Shown in pieces: positions 49,686 to 62,339 of a DNA stretch of 64,000 nucleotides. Position numbers and translations under genes: made by a program. Source of the stretch: Strigamia acuminata (lineage: Eukaryota); contig OX442314.1 in NCBI GenBank assembly GCA_949358305.1, positions 28,706,001 through 28,770,000 on the forward strand. The letters are read 5' to 3'. The notes under the pieces were generated by a model. The model saw only the letters and a list, made by a program, of their open reading frames with translations, had not been told where the DNA came from and searched no databases. Within the stretch, counting starts at the first letter, position 1; every line of letters starts with the position of its first letter.

Positions 49686-50427
49686 AAAGGCCGTGGTAGC
49701 TGCCTCGGTGGTGTGCTACTAATTGTACAGACGACGGACCATTTCGGTCCCGACCTTTTATTTGTTTCCCTAGGATCTTGCCGCAACCGGTGAAACATGG
49801 ACGTCCGGCCATGGAAGTGTTGCGCCTCGTGCGTCACCGACGCCGCACCACTCCCATGAGCGACCGGTGAAGGGGAAAAGCCATCTGAGGTTTCTCATCT
49901 GAGGACCTCCCGGCCCATGGACCTAGGTCAGGTCCCGGCTGGTATTTTTGTAATATACGTTTTTTTTATTAATTCTTTCTTTGACACGATTTGTTTAACG
50001 TAAAAATTTTTTTTTTTCTTGAGAGGATTGACCAACCTCTCCCATCCTTGTTTGATTTACACATTTTTTTTTGTTTGTTTAGTCGTCATTACTATTCTTT
50101 CATCCCGGGTCTGTTACGCTCAGACTCGGTGAATTGTTTTTTAAATTTGTATGATTTTCAATAGTTGATTTTTGTTTTCGGCCAATCTAGGCTTGGGTGA
50201 GTTCCGTTGTCCCGTGTTGCTACCATCAGGGGCGGGCGGTGCTGCAGTCTCCGGACGAGTGACACCGACCGCTAGCCCGATGCATGACGGTACCGTTACT
50301 CTCGAACTGACGGCGCCAGTCCGCATTCGGCAAAGGAAGTCTCGTGTTGTGTTTGCCTCGGCTCGCATGGCCCCGTTGGTGTTGTGTGTGGCCCCTGTGT
50401 TCCTTACCTTTTTCGGAGGGGGGGAGA

Positions 50428-51013
50428 TGTGACCGTCAGGCCACCTGGGGTGACCTACGTCACTGCCACACACCACCATACGGCCCCAAGATCACCCCCT
50501 GATTGGGCAAGGTGATCTAGCCCGGGGGAAGGAGGGAGCTAGGTGGTGTGGGGAGGAGTTGCAGAGAGAGAGAGTGCGGGCACCGACCAGGCAGGTCGTG
50601 TGTTGACAGAGTTCCAGGGTGTTGTAGTAGACGAGGGGACAAGACGTGTCCCGGCTGAGAGGACTCTGCACTCCTTCCCATTCACCACAGCGATGCTCAG
50701 TATCTGGGTTTTCCACCCAATACAGCCTCCATGAGTGGTCACTGCGGGCTGTAGGTAAGTACAGCATGAATGTAACGTTGAACCGACCACGTCACCCATT
50801 GGGCTCGCGCCCAGTGTGTGACGGGTCGGTTGCCGGTGCGGCGTGCCTTTGTGGCACCCCTGCAACGGGTAACGGGATTCCCCATACCCCTAGACAACAC
50901 AATAAAGGCCAACCAACCAATATTGTGGGATTCCCCGTTATTTACGTGAAGTATGCGTCCCTACCCAGTGTTATCAGTCCCCTGACTACACTGGTGAGAC
51001 CATAGCAGTCACA
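50428..51013 (+). repeat. 3' LTR
   Basis: Copy of 36848-37433, preceded by the PPT and followed by AGGC. Confidence 0.97.
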
Positions 51014-52055
51014 AGGCGAAGAGGCGGTCGCCAGGTGGCCATGCCGTGGTAAGTAACTTTACCAAGGCATGGCCACCTGGTGGCCGCCTCTTCGCCTCAT
51101 AGGTAAAAACGGCCCTGCACCGACAAATAAATATTCACTGGCACAGCACAGCCCGGTCGTTTCCAACATCTTCAATGTCGGTGATCCCATCGGCCACGAG
51201 TATGTCGAGTTTTTCAATTCTCGTCCATTTCAAAATGCCTATTTACAAATTAATTTCACCTCGTCCATAGGATCCTCCTTCAATTCGTATCTCAATTTCT
51301 ACGTTTACATGCACAGAATATTTCGAGTGAACCGAAATATTCCGTGTGCACAACTGTTATGTAAACAGGGATGACAAGGATTATTCGAGTAGTGAATAAT
51401 CCCTTGCAGAAGGTTTTGAACTCGAACTATTTTTATTGCGCATGCACGCATCGCTTCCGGCACTTCCCCATTGGTTGAAAACCGAAAGTGATCACGAATT
51501 ATTTTCTGCATGTAAACACAACAATTTTATTTTTTCACCACTCGAATTATTCACCACTCAAAATATTTGGTGTAAGTAAACACAGTGTGACGCCCGGACG
51601 GCAGACTCTGACCACCGTCCAGCGTCCACTCCTTTACCGCAAGGGGGCGCCCCATTTTATTAGGGGTTTGCGGATTGGCTACCGCAAATCCCGTTGTACG
51701 CCATTTTGTTTATTGTAATAAAATTCAGTCTTACCTTTACCTTTAACCTGATCGCATCGTAATTGACTCACATGGCGCAGTTGACAGTTTTACCTACAAA
51801 TTATGACTGATTAACGAAACGAACGAAACGAAACGAACGAAACGAACGAACGAAACGAACGAAACAAATTACACGTGCGCGGTAACAAACGAAGCAAAAC
51901 GAACGAAACGAACGACACGTGCGCGGTAACAAACACGGTGCGAACGGAACGAGACGAACGAGACGACGTAACAAAAACGGTACGAACGAATGAACGAAAC
52001 GGACGAAACGAACACGATAAAAACGAACGCGATAATTACGGTACAAAATCTTGTA

Positions 52056-54445
52056 ATGGCGGAATTGGACGAGGCCACGCTGGCCGACCTTTTGAATTGT
52101 ACGAACGCTGGTCTCTTGATGCGGTGTTCCCACGAAGAATTGCGCGCTGAAGTCGACGCGCGCGAGATCCCGATGATCGCCACAGCATCGTAGCAACTGT
52201 TGGCCGACGCGTTGGTTACCGATAACCACGAAAGACGCGCCGCCGCCGCGCTTCTGCTGCCCGTCGATCCAGCTCTGGCCGCCGTGCCGCATCCGCTTGT
52301 TAATCCCGTTCCGGTCCTGAACCTCGTAGCCGACCTGACGGATTTGAAGGCAATTGTCGCTCTTTTGTCTGCCAAAATTTTAAACACCCCGGACCCGTTG
52401 CCTCCCACCCCGCCGCCCGCCGCTCCAATTGTTACGATCCCCGAGTTGCAGATTAAACACGGCCTGCATTCCGCAAAATTTCTCCAGCCCTTCTCCGGCT
52501 CTAAGACTGACGACGTGTGGCAGTTTATCCGCCGAATCAACAGGGCTGCGAAGATCGGCGGCTGGACGGAGGAAACGAAACTCATCCAGGCTAACGGTTT
52601 GCTTCGGGACCAGGCGCTGCACTGGTACACAATGCAGGGAGAGGCTTTCGACACGTGGGCCGAGTGGGAACACTCGATTACCGAGTTTCTCGGCGCCAAC
52701 GAAACAATGTTCCAGTGGAAGGACCGAATGTACGCGTGTACACAGAAAAAGGACGAATCGTTGATCGATTACGCCGTTGCCAAGTTTGCATTAATCGAAT
52801 CTACTAAGCGAAATTTTCCCGTGCAGTCCGAAGACATCGTTCTGATGGTTATCGAAGGAATATCGAACTATAATACGAAAAATAGCCTGTATATGACGAA
52901 GGACTGGCCGATTCCTGCCGTAATTAAATATATTTGCGGACTCGACAATATGTCGTGGCGACCGAGCGCCTCGGCCTCACCCACCCCGAAGTCGTCGGCC
53001 GTCGCCAATCGCGGACAGATGCCAGAATCGCCTACCGGCCAGTCAAAACGTAGCAATCCGAATGATTTCCAACGCGGCGACGACATCACGAAGACGCAGT
53101 GCTACCGTTGCCAAGCATGGGGCCACACTACACACACTTGTCCGCGGCCCAGGACGTCCGACCCCGCTCCCGCTGAGCCCACTCCGCTCGTTTTATGCAC
53201 ATTTTACTCGAAATATCCGAGCACCGGATTCTCGATCGTCGACATATATGTGACGGAAGCGCAACGCACGGTCGAAACAATTTTCGATCAGAGGGCGAAC
53301 GTGTGCCTGATTCGCAGCGATTGCATTTTGGACAAGTCGCAGATCCGCCCGAACGTCTCAAACAACCGGTTAAACGGTTTGAATGGCTCGGCAACCCCGA
53401 TTGGCTATACCAGCGTGAACATTAGGCTTGTGCGGTAATTTTTTTAGGTGTGTGCGGTGCGGTATTCGCAAAATACCGCAGTGAGTGCGGTATACCGCTA
53501 TACCGCGTTTACCGCAAAAATACCGCATTTACCGCAAATACCGCGATTACCGCAAATACCGCGATTACCGCGATTACCGCAAATACCGCGATTACCGCAA
53601 ATACCGCGATTACCGTAAATACCGCGATTACCGCAAAAATTAGTCGTTTTTCTCAATTTCTGGCACGGCGCTTCACCGCCTAACTAAGAACGTAATCAAC
53701 AGCGCGACAACTTGTAAACATTTGCAATTTCGGCCGTAAAATCACGTAAAAATCGAATTTTGTTGACGTGGAATTCGAATTGGTTGCTTTGAGTTGAGAC
53801 GAACTTCGAAATGAACGTAGACGACGTCTACGTTCATTTCGATGTCGTCTGCTAGACGAACACGACGATCGAAATGCACAATATCAACATGATGGGCAGA
53901 TGCTTGGATATTATCCAAGCATCTGCCCATCGTGTTTGATATTGTATTGATATTGTGTGTATTGATATTGTGTTGGTGTTGGCGAGTGCGTGTTCGTGCT
54001 GGCGAAACAAACACATGCTTGGATTGCTCGCCAACACGAACACACGCTCGCCAACACCGTGTGTTCGTTTCGGTGAGCGTGTGTTCGATTTTCGATATTC
54101 GTGCGGTATTTGCGGTAATTTCGGTATTTCGGTATTTGCGGTATTTGCGGTAATTTGCGGTATTGTCCGGTATTGCGGTATTGTCCGGTATTGCGGTATT
54201 GCGGTATACCGTTTTGCGGTATTTTGCTGGATACCGCGGTGTTGGGTCCCAAAAAATTACCGCGGTGCGGTATACCGCTACCGCACACAAGGCTAGTGAA
54301 CATTACCATCGGGAACGAACAGTTTCGTGTGAGCGACGTCGCCGTGCTTGACGAATCCCCGTACGAGATGCTACTGGGCACACCGTTTCGCGATAACGAA
54401 CGTATGTCGTGGTGTACCGAGTCGGGTGGCACAATCACCATATGA
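52056..54445 (+). pseudogene. gag: Gag-protease of the small LTR element, disrupted
   Basis: ATG 52056, in-frame TAG 52191-52193; PFSG..LRDQALHWY capsid, CYRCQAWGHTTHTC knuckle, degenerate protease IFDQRANVCLI; after removing the MITE the frame resumes (..YEMLLGTPF) to TGA 54445. Confidence 0.85.
53423..54295. mobile_element. hAT-type MITE inside the small LTR element
   Basis: Termini TAGGCTTGTG / CACAAGGCTA, subterminal (TACCGC)/(GCGGTA) arrays, 8-bp target duplication GTGAACAT (53415-53422, 54296-54303). Confidence 0.9.
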
Positions 54446-55274
54446 GGTAAGCCAACTTCATCAAACAAGAGGATGTATCTAGCCAGGTTCGCATGTGCAA
54501 TTTTGTTACCTTGGCCGTCAACGCACCTCCTGGACCGAGTTCCGACGTCAAGTGCAACTTTTCCATTTCCGACGCCGCCGATGTTTCCGAGGACCTAGCT
54601 TCAGGCCCATTCCTTCAGCTTCTCGAACGACGCAACACGGCGCGCACGAACCTGCGCGCGCCCCAGACCCGCCAGAAGTCGCGCTTCAACGAGCACCGAA
54701 GGGAAGTCGTATTTGACATTGGGGACAGCGTGATGTACTCCAAGGGGAAGCGCGGATCGAAATTCAAGGAACTGTATTTCGTCAGCGAGCGACCGGGGAA
54801 CAACACGTTTACTCTGGACGACAGGAATCGAACTCGGACGGCTCACTGCCCGCAACTGAAGCCGTTTTTCCCGCAATCAAGGGACGATTGCCCTGCGTTG
54901 GGGGGGCGTGTGACGCCCGGACGGCAGACTCTGACCACCGTCCAGCGTCCACTCCTTTACCGCAAGGGGGCGCCCCATTTTATTAGGGGTTTGCGGATTG
55001 GCTACCGCAAATCCCGTTGTACGCCATTTTGTTTATTGTAATAAAATTCAGTCTTACCTTTACCTTTAACCTGATCGCATCGTAATTGACTCACACACAG
55101 TAAAAGTGTTGAAGAGAGTTCGTACACTCGCTCTCGCTACTTCTCTTTGTGTTCTATTTTTTGCCAAATCAGCCATTGTATAGAATTTCTCTTAGTTATT
55201 TTCTATATCTAAACCCCGGGTTTCGGCATCATATGTTGCGGATGAAATTCAATTTTGTATTTGGAAATAGTCAC

Positions 55275-55530
55275 GTGACCGTCTGACCACCCACGGCGAC
55301 CTACGTCACTCCACACACTGCTCACTGGCCCTAAGGTCATCCCCCTTGCGGGGTAGACTGGCCCAGATGGTAAGGAGGGAGCTGAGTGGTCGTGAGGAGA
55401 GCCAGAGAGAGAGGGTTTGGACAGCACAGGGAGAAGACGTGTGCTTGTGAGGTCCCGTAGCCAGCCTGAGCAGCAGTGCCCAAGTTGACTCTGCTCTGCT
55501 CCCATTCACCACTGTGACGCTCAGTAACAG
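55275..55530 (+). mobile_element. Diverged partial LTR (U3 to transcription start) related to the large element's LTR
   Basis: Collinear shared blocks GTGACCGTC, GACCTACGTCACT, AGGAGGGAGCT, GAGAGAGAG, AAGACGTGT, GACTCTGC, CCCATTCACCAC, GCTCAGTA. Confidence 0.8.
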
Positions 55531-55974
55531 ATGATGGAAAGAAGCACGCGCACACGTTGGTTTACATGAGAACAGTGATTTTATTATTCAAAAAACAAGA
55601 TATGCTAATTTACGATTCCCCCTTTCACATCAAATACATTGTGGTTCGTCCAAGTGACCCCTGGCGACCAAACATGGCATCGCCTCCAATTACGCCCTTC
55701 TTCTCGTCCTTTTTAAACGCCAGTTTCAACACATGAACGCCCCTAAATAAGCGGAACAGTGAACTGGATACAATATCAATGCAGTTTCTGTTTTATAATC
55801 TTTACCATTTGCAATTTAGAAAAATATTTGACACTTTTGTTTATCTGTCCTTGCTTTCAGCTGCTCTTTACACAATTGTGTGTGAACACACGGTTCGGTA
55901 GATTGTACAGAACTAATAATGCTGAAACGGAAACCGTTCCAGGCTACAATTCATCGACCAATTGTCATCTGTAG

Positions 55975-58588
55975 ATACAACAAGAAGAGAAAAATCAGAC
56001 AAGTCAGACATGAAAACCCAGCTGAGCAAACTGAGTTTTTGGGATTGAACAAGTTGTGTGATCGTTCACGCAGCTCATTCTTCAAATTGGTTTGGCTTCT
56101 ACTCGTCGTGGCTTGCTTCACTGCTTGTTTGGTACAAATTTACATACGGGTGAGCGTTTTCTTAGATGGGCCAATTACGCAGGAAGTAGAATTCAGACCA
56201 CAAACATCTTTTTTATTTCCTTCGATCGCTCTACAAAGCATCCATCTTTATTACTTTATGACACATATCTCGGATGCAGAGAATGCAAGCAACAACACTT
56301 TTAACTTAGACGAAAGCGATGTCGAAGAATTGTGGACTACACTGGGTAGAATAAATTCAGACGACTTATGCGCAGTAAGTAAAAATAATACATTTTATAC
56401 TTAGATCAGTGTTGAAATTGCGATCATCATCATGAGACACTTTAAAATCACTATAATTGAAATAATTTTCCCCATTTGTTCCTGAGCTGGAAAACTTCAC
56501 GTTGGGTCAGGAAAATCATTTCGAAACTGATCTTAATTGTCAATTTAGAATAATCATGGAATATTGAAGGGCAATAAAACCTACGTTACTAAAGAGTAAT
56601 CCCCATTAGAGTTTATGGAACCTTTCATAAAAGTTAACTGCCCCACGCCACGGCACTGCCTGGAAACTTAATACAGTTTTTGTTGTTTACGAATTTCATG
56701 TTGCATGTCATAATAACATGATGTGCAAACATAAGATGCATATCAAAAGCTGCTATTATTCCTTAAATAAGTGGGGCACATAATAGATTTCTGTTACTTT
56801 TCACAATTATTTTAATTTTTTATCACAACAATTTTATGATTCTAATATTTTTTCACAGATTTTTGTGAATAATGGAATAAATACCTCACTTTTTTTATTC
56901 ATATTATTTTAAAAATAAAGTCAATAAAGTATGCATGAAAATATTTGTTTAACCTTGAAACATTTGATGAACACGAGTATTCCGATATTTTGGCTTGGGA
57001 ATGTAATAACTAATAATAAACTTTCTTTTACTAGGAAACAGGAAACACTGACTCTATGTGTGGAGAAAAACTTGATGAGATAATGACAGTAAACTTTATT
57101 AATACAGTAGCTGGAAATTGTGTGATGCTTACTATGAGTAATATGAGGATTAAATCACATTCTTAAGAATGTTATTGTGATATAGTTTCTACAAGCTTCT
57201 AGGTTGAGTGCAAAATTACATAGTTTGCTCTGATTAGAAGAGTTAGTTAAACCTTGCAAACACTGAAACAAAAGCATTTGCAAATTGAATAAAAGAAAAA
57301 TGAAGGACGCGAATTCTAACTTCCGTCGATTCATACATAAGCCAGGCATTAGGTGATGGTTTGGTAACTGTAAAAGTTGGAATAACTGCCATGTGATGGG
57401 TGAAACTCAAAGTAATAAATACAGAAATAGACATCGTCACAGGTCAATTCAATTATTCCCACTACAACATGACTCTGATCAACGATCAGTTTCTTGTAGA
57501 AACCTGTTTACAATAACGTTTGTAATCACAAATGCCCCGATTGATCAACAATTGCATAATTATAGATACAAAAATGGAATACGAAGGCCCATTCACTTCT
57601 GTTGAGTTGGAATGGAGCACTGCTACAGCTCCCTATCAAACACCATATCTATTTGTAAGGTTTAATGAGGAAAACGAGGAAAAAATAATGAAATTTAAAA
57701 TGTTACTTTTAACTTGCAGTTCTCCCTCCACGGTGATGCATTCCGGCATGTTTATGACGGCCTCGTAGTATCTGAACACGTAAAAGCCGATTTTGATACA
57801 GAATACCGAATACTTGAAAAAGAGGTACAGTTAAACGATTTAAAATTAGAAATAAACGTTTTACAATACAAAAATAATGTCACCGTTATTTCACAAATTG
57901 TATGCAAAATATTATAAAACTTGTAAAAAATCAAATATCAGGATGGGATGGGCGGGGGACTCAAGGTTGATTGGAAATATTGGAATAGAATTGGGCACAG
58001 TATTCAACAGCAAAACCGTGAATCAAAAATTCAGTTTCAGAATTTAAATTTACCTCGCAATCCTTGTGCACCGGCAGAAGAAGTCATAACCTGCATAACC
58101 AAATGCTTGGACAAGTTATTAGAAAAGAATTTAACTTGCAGGTAAGATTGCAATGCATTCATCCGGACGTGTACATGATCTCTCTCACTTTCTTTGCTAG
58201 GTTACCATTTTTCAATTCTACACTTCCATGGTGCGCCAGTCTTGAAGAAATTAAGGATGGATTTTTTGCTGGTTGGGAAGCAGCAATCGAAATGTTCGAA
58301 AATGTTAAGCCTTGTCAGTGTAAACGTAAATGTAACGAGATCAAATACACATTGAATAAGGAAACGGAGGCAAAAAATGATAACCCAAACAAAACAAGGT
58401 TGAGTTTCCTTTTTTCAGCTGAAACACACGAAACGATTACAGAGCGACAAATGTTCTCGCTTTCAGCTTTGTTCAGTGAAATTGGTGGAACCCTCGGTCT
58501 CTACCTTGGCATCAGCATTATTTCACAATTGTTGATCTTGTTAGCTTTCTCCTCCGACTTTCATTTTCCAAGTTTAAACACTTTATAA
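55975..58588 (+). CDS. DEG/ENaC/ASIC-family (pickpocket-like) channel subunit; start exon not resolved
   Basis: Phase-consistent exons 55975-56374 (TM1 VWLLLVVACFTACLVQIY; FPSIAL), 57035-57137 (TVAGNC), 57566-57654, 57720-57824, 58041-58141 (C..CITKC..LTCR), 58201-58588 (CQCKRKCNEIKY; FSEIGGTLGLYLGISII TM2). Confidence 0.85.
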
Positions 58589-59609
58589 AACAATGAAAAC
58601 CGCTTCAGTTAAGTTTTGAGAAGTCAATCGCTGCTCTTAAGAAACAAAAAGGTCCATCTGAAAGTGTAAAGTCATTGGCCAATTATTTTAGCAATATCTG
58701 AATTTAATATGCTGTTACCGGTAATATGTTTACAGTAATACCGTAAGTTGCACTGTGGTACGGTGTACACTGCATAAAGTCTTCTGACACGAGGATAACC
58801 TACTTGCCAGGAAGATTAACTCTCTGGTTCAAAATGTCTACTGACAGGGAAATAAATGCAACTTATAAGTTGCATTTTGTGCGAGGATAATTATCCTCGC
58901 ACAAAATGCCACTACACATAATTCGTCTATGCAAGACATATCTATATTATCAATGTTGTTCGCCGGTTTACTTTCAGCAGTGTGTTCACAGGCTGCCTTT
59001 CATTATATCCCCGAAGTACAGTAATACAAATTCTTATGTTGTTGTAGTATGTACAATCAAATACTGTATTGATCAATTTTTTGAAACTGGTGATTTCCGT
59101 ACGTGAATTTTTGCATTTTTTCCCATTTGGGCAGAGTTTAGTGCATTTTGCTTATTAAGATGAGAGGACCATTCTGGTGGACGCCATGACAAATATACAT
59201 TAATACTAGAACCACACAATTTTTTCTTAATATATTGGTAATACCATATACTTGTACGTTAAAAATTTTACGCTTTTTTGCTCAACTTGTCCTTTTCATT
59301 AAATATTCTCAAATCTTATCTCTTTGTATGTAATTTTCTTCGCAATAAAATCTATGAAATAAAATAATAAACACCTACCTGGTAGAAAATTGTTAAATAC
59401 AAATATGACGTCACGTTCCGATTGGTTCAGTCAATCAGTGAACTCATCGACGAACAAACGTCTAATCATTGTTATATATATCAATGATTAGACGTTTGAT
59501 TGTTAAAAGTTGTTAAAAGTTTGATTGTTGGGTGTTGGGCCAGAATTATTGATCGTCAATTTTGATAGTAAAATTCTTAATGTTGGGTCGTGAATTTTTC
59601 CATAACTAA

Positions 59610-60108
59610 TTTCCCAAGTTTTCTTTACAAAATGGCTGAAGAAAAATGAAAAGGCGCGCCATGCACCAACAACGGCTTGGAGTCGACCAACAACAGCATT
59701 AAAACACACGAGACATTTCGGGAGAGACTGGCAATGGACATCTTTATTCATAAGTTGAAAGGGATGGTGAAATGATGGTCTTTGGAAAGGCACATGGAAT
59801 CCGTCAATGTCAAGAAGTTTGCTCTTACTCCAACGGTTACCTTACAGCACTACACCGACGGTTACAACTGGAAACGAACAAAACCTAGCGTGATTGTCCG
59901 TGTACAAGGTAATGTTAAGTCTTACTATGTCACGGAAACGTGCACATGCCCCGTGTTTGCAAAAATTTATATTTGTAAACACATTGTTGGGATAGCTGTT
60001 ATTGAGAACTTGCTTGTTGTGCTACCGGAGGCCAAAACCATTCCCCTTGGCCAAAAAAAAAAGCGTGGGCGCCCAGCTAAAGCGAAGAGGGCCTTGTGTA
60101 CGCAGTGA
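59610..60108 (+). mobile_element. Mutator-like (MULE) transposase C-terminal remnant with SWIM finger
   Basis: TNNGLESTNNSIK motif, then after disruption CTCPVFAKIYICKH (SWIM) and KKKRGRPAK. Confidence 0.75.
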
Positions 60109-61684
60109 GAAGACAGCATTATGATATTGAGATTACGTGGGGGGTACTTTAGAAATTATTGGGGGTAAAATTGGTTGGGGGGCAAACACATTACTAGGGG
60201 GAAGTAAAGTTTGGGGCGGTTATTTAGTTTACACGGGGGGGTTTGATTGGGGGAAAATTTTATTCCACTTAGGGGCTAAAATTTAGTCAAAATGGGGGTG
60301 GTTTAAATCGGACCCATAAATAAGTTATTAAAAAACAAAACTGTTCGTGACTTTTGGCCCATCCTGTACAGTACAACAGTGGTTTGCATTGATTGTTGCA
60401 AACACAACAATTACCACTTTTCTATTCTGTATTTTATTTACATGGTCATGGAAAAAATTGATTCAAAGATCGACTAAAATAATTGATCATATGAGCACTA
60501 AAAATTAATGGTAAAAAAGAACTATAAAACTTGCTGTTTTTATGCAGTAATAAAATTACTTTTATATTGTTATTGTTTTGTACACGAATAAACAGGAATC
60601 AATTAGTATTTAATCCACGTTGTGGTAATCTCAAAATATTATCACCACTTAGTAGATAAATTTATTTATTTCCTAATTAATTTGGCTTGGCACACGCCAA
60701 GTCAGATCATGTGACCAAGGGCAGTAAACTTCCGTAGGCATATCTCACCCCAGGTTGTCTGGGGTGAAACGTTAATTAACCGTTTTGGTGCAACAAATTC
60801 TTTGTTGCACCAAAACAAGCTAATTGCGCAAGTTTTCTGCGCAATTTCGAAGCGTGCCCGGCGCTTGCCAACGCCGCAAACGGGACTCTTGATTTCAACT
60901 ACCAACCTGCTCGCTTGTCACTGCTCTCCACAAAAGAGAAGTATTGACTGTGCTTTGATTCTAGTGAAATCGAGACCTCTTGCTTTCTTTGCTCATCGAG
61001 TAAAGACAGCCTTCAATTACGCTTTCGCGTGAATTAGCCGCTGCTAATTTACGCCATCTTATCCTGTGTGAAGAAGTTCCCGCTCAACGTGAACCACCGC
61101 CATCGCGCTGATTCCCATCGTCGCCATCGTCGCCATCGCCGTCGAACGAAGAGTAGGAAAAGTGCTCAACGTGAATCATCGTCTTCGTGGAAACACTTGT
61201 CTGCGTAGACCATCGTACGTGTGAGTATTCGAAAAGACGACGCCGCCTTCGAAACAACTGACGTTATTAAACACGCCATTTTCGTGTTCCGCGTGCAACA
61301 ATCTGTTGCGCGCTCTTTTCTACTATTTCTTTTACTTGGTTTTTTGTCAAAGCAGATACTTATTCTGGAAATTGACTGTAACGTCTTAAACGAAACACCC
61401 TGTATACATTAAAAATTAATGGTAAAAAGCATCAAGTTTTAATGATGCTTTTTACCATAAATTTTTAATTAAAGAAATAAAATTGTTATCCGTTGTCATT
61501 ATTTTACACTTAATCCAAATTTATTATACACTTAGAACCACTTGCTCCCAATTAAGCATCATAACTTATGGTTTACGACTTGCTGACACAAACTGTAAAT
61601 TGAATACTTACCCGCCATTCCTGAAACTATGTGCCAGCATGCTGCAGCAAAAATGCTTTCGTCAAAGAAAAACATTTATTCGCA

Positions 61685-62338
61685 GATACAACACGAGACG
61701 ACAGGTTAAACCTAGACTGGAAAACAAGCTTATCAAACTGATTTTTTGGGATTGAACAAATTTTTTAAATTGGTTTGGCTTCAACTCGTCGTGGCTTGCA
61801 CCACTGCTTGTTTGGTCCAAATTTACACACGCGTGAGCGTTTACCTTGATGGGTCAATAACGCAGGAAGTTGAATTCAGACCACAAACATCTGTTTTATT
61901 TCCTACGATCACTCTACAAAGCATCCATATTTATTACTTAATGACATATATCTCGGATGCAGAAAATACAAGCAACAACACTTTTAACTTAGACGAAAGC
62001 AATGTCGAGGAAATGTGGACTACACTGGGTAGAATAAATTCAGACGACAGTACGTAAAAATATTCCATTTTATACTAGTACTTAAGCTTACATCAGTGTT
62101 GAATTTGCGGCCATCATCGTGAGACACTTTAAAATCACTATAATTGAAATAATTTTCCCCATTTATCCCTGAGCTGGAAAACTTCACGTTGGGTCAGGAA
62201 AATCATTTCGAAACCGATCATAACTGTCAGTTTAGAAAAATCATAGCGAATTGCAGGGCATTGAAACCTGTGTTACTAAAGAGTAATTCCGATTAGAGCG
62301 TTTATGGAACCATTCATAAAAGTTAACTGCCCCACACC
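61685..62338 (+). pseudogene. Truncated duplicate of the DEG/ENaC TM1 exon and following intron
   Basis: High similarity to 55975-56650; 24-nt deletion before TM1, frameshift near the exon start, Leu>Gln in TM1; similarity stops at ~62338. Confidence 0.8.
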
Positions 62339-62339
62339 G

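Larger units (their letters stand above)
36848..51013 (+). mobile_element. Full-length Gypsy/Metaviridae-type LTR retrotransposon (14.2 kb) with extra ORF
   Basis: 586-bp LTRs TG..CA, 4-bp target duplication AGGC, PPT GGAGGGGGGGAGA (50415-50427), domain order gag-PR-RT-RH-IN. Confidence 0.97.
36824..51117. mobile_element. ~124-bp hairpin hAT-type MITE split by the large LTR element (36824-36847 + 51018-51117)
   Basis: Rejoined sequence CAGGGCCGTTTCTACCTATGAGGCGAAGAGGCGG..CCGCCTCTTCGCCTCATAGGTAAAAACGGCCCTG is an inverted repeat; 8-bp target duplication CACCGACA at 36816-36823 and 51118-51125. Confidence 0.9.
51586..55095 (+). mobile_element. Non-autonomous Gypsy-type LTR element (gag-protease plus integrase C-terminal remnant)
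   Basis: 187-bp LTRs 51586-51772 and 54909-55095 appear identical; 5-bp target duplication CACAG; PBS TGGCGCAGTTG at 51773; G-rich PPT before the 3' LTR; (AACGA)n leader ~51812-52030. Confidence 0.95.

Noticed and set aside
53450..54468. ORFs with TANTAI / RYCG repeats
   Set aside because: Artefacts of the MITE's subterminal TACCGC arrays.
61409..61468. AT-rich hairpin AAAAATTAATGGTAAAAAGCATC..GATGCTTTTTACCATAAATTTTT
   Set aside because: Most simply a collapsed MITE end (a related arm occurs near 60500); there is no evidence for an RNA gene.
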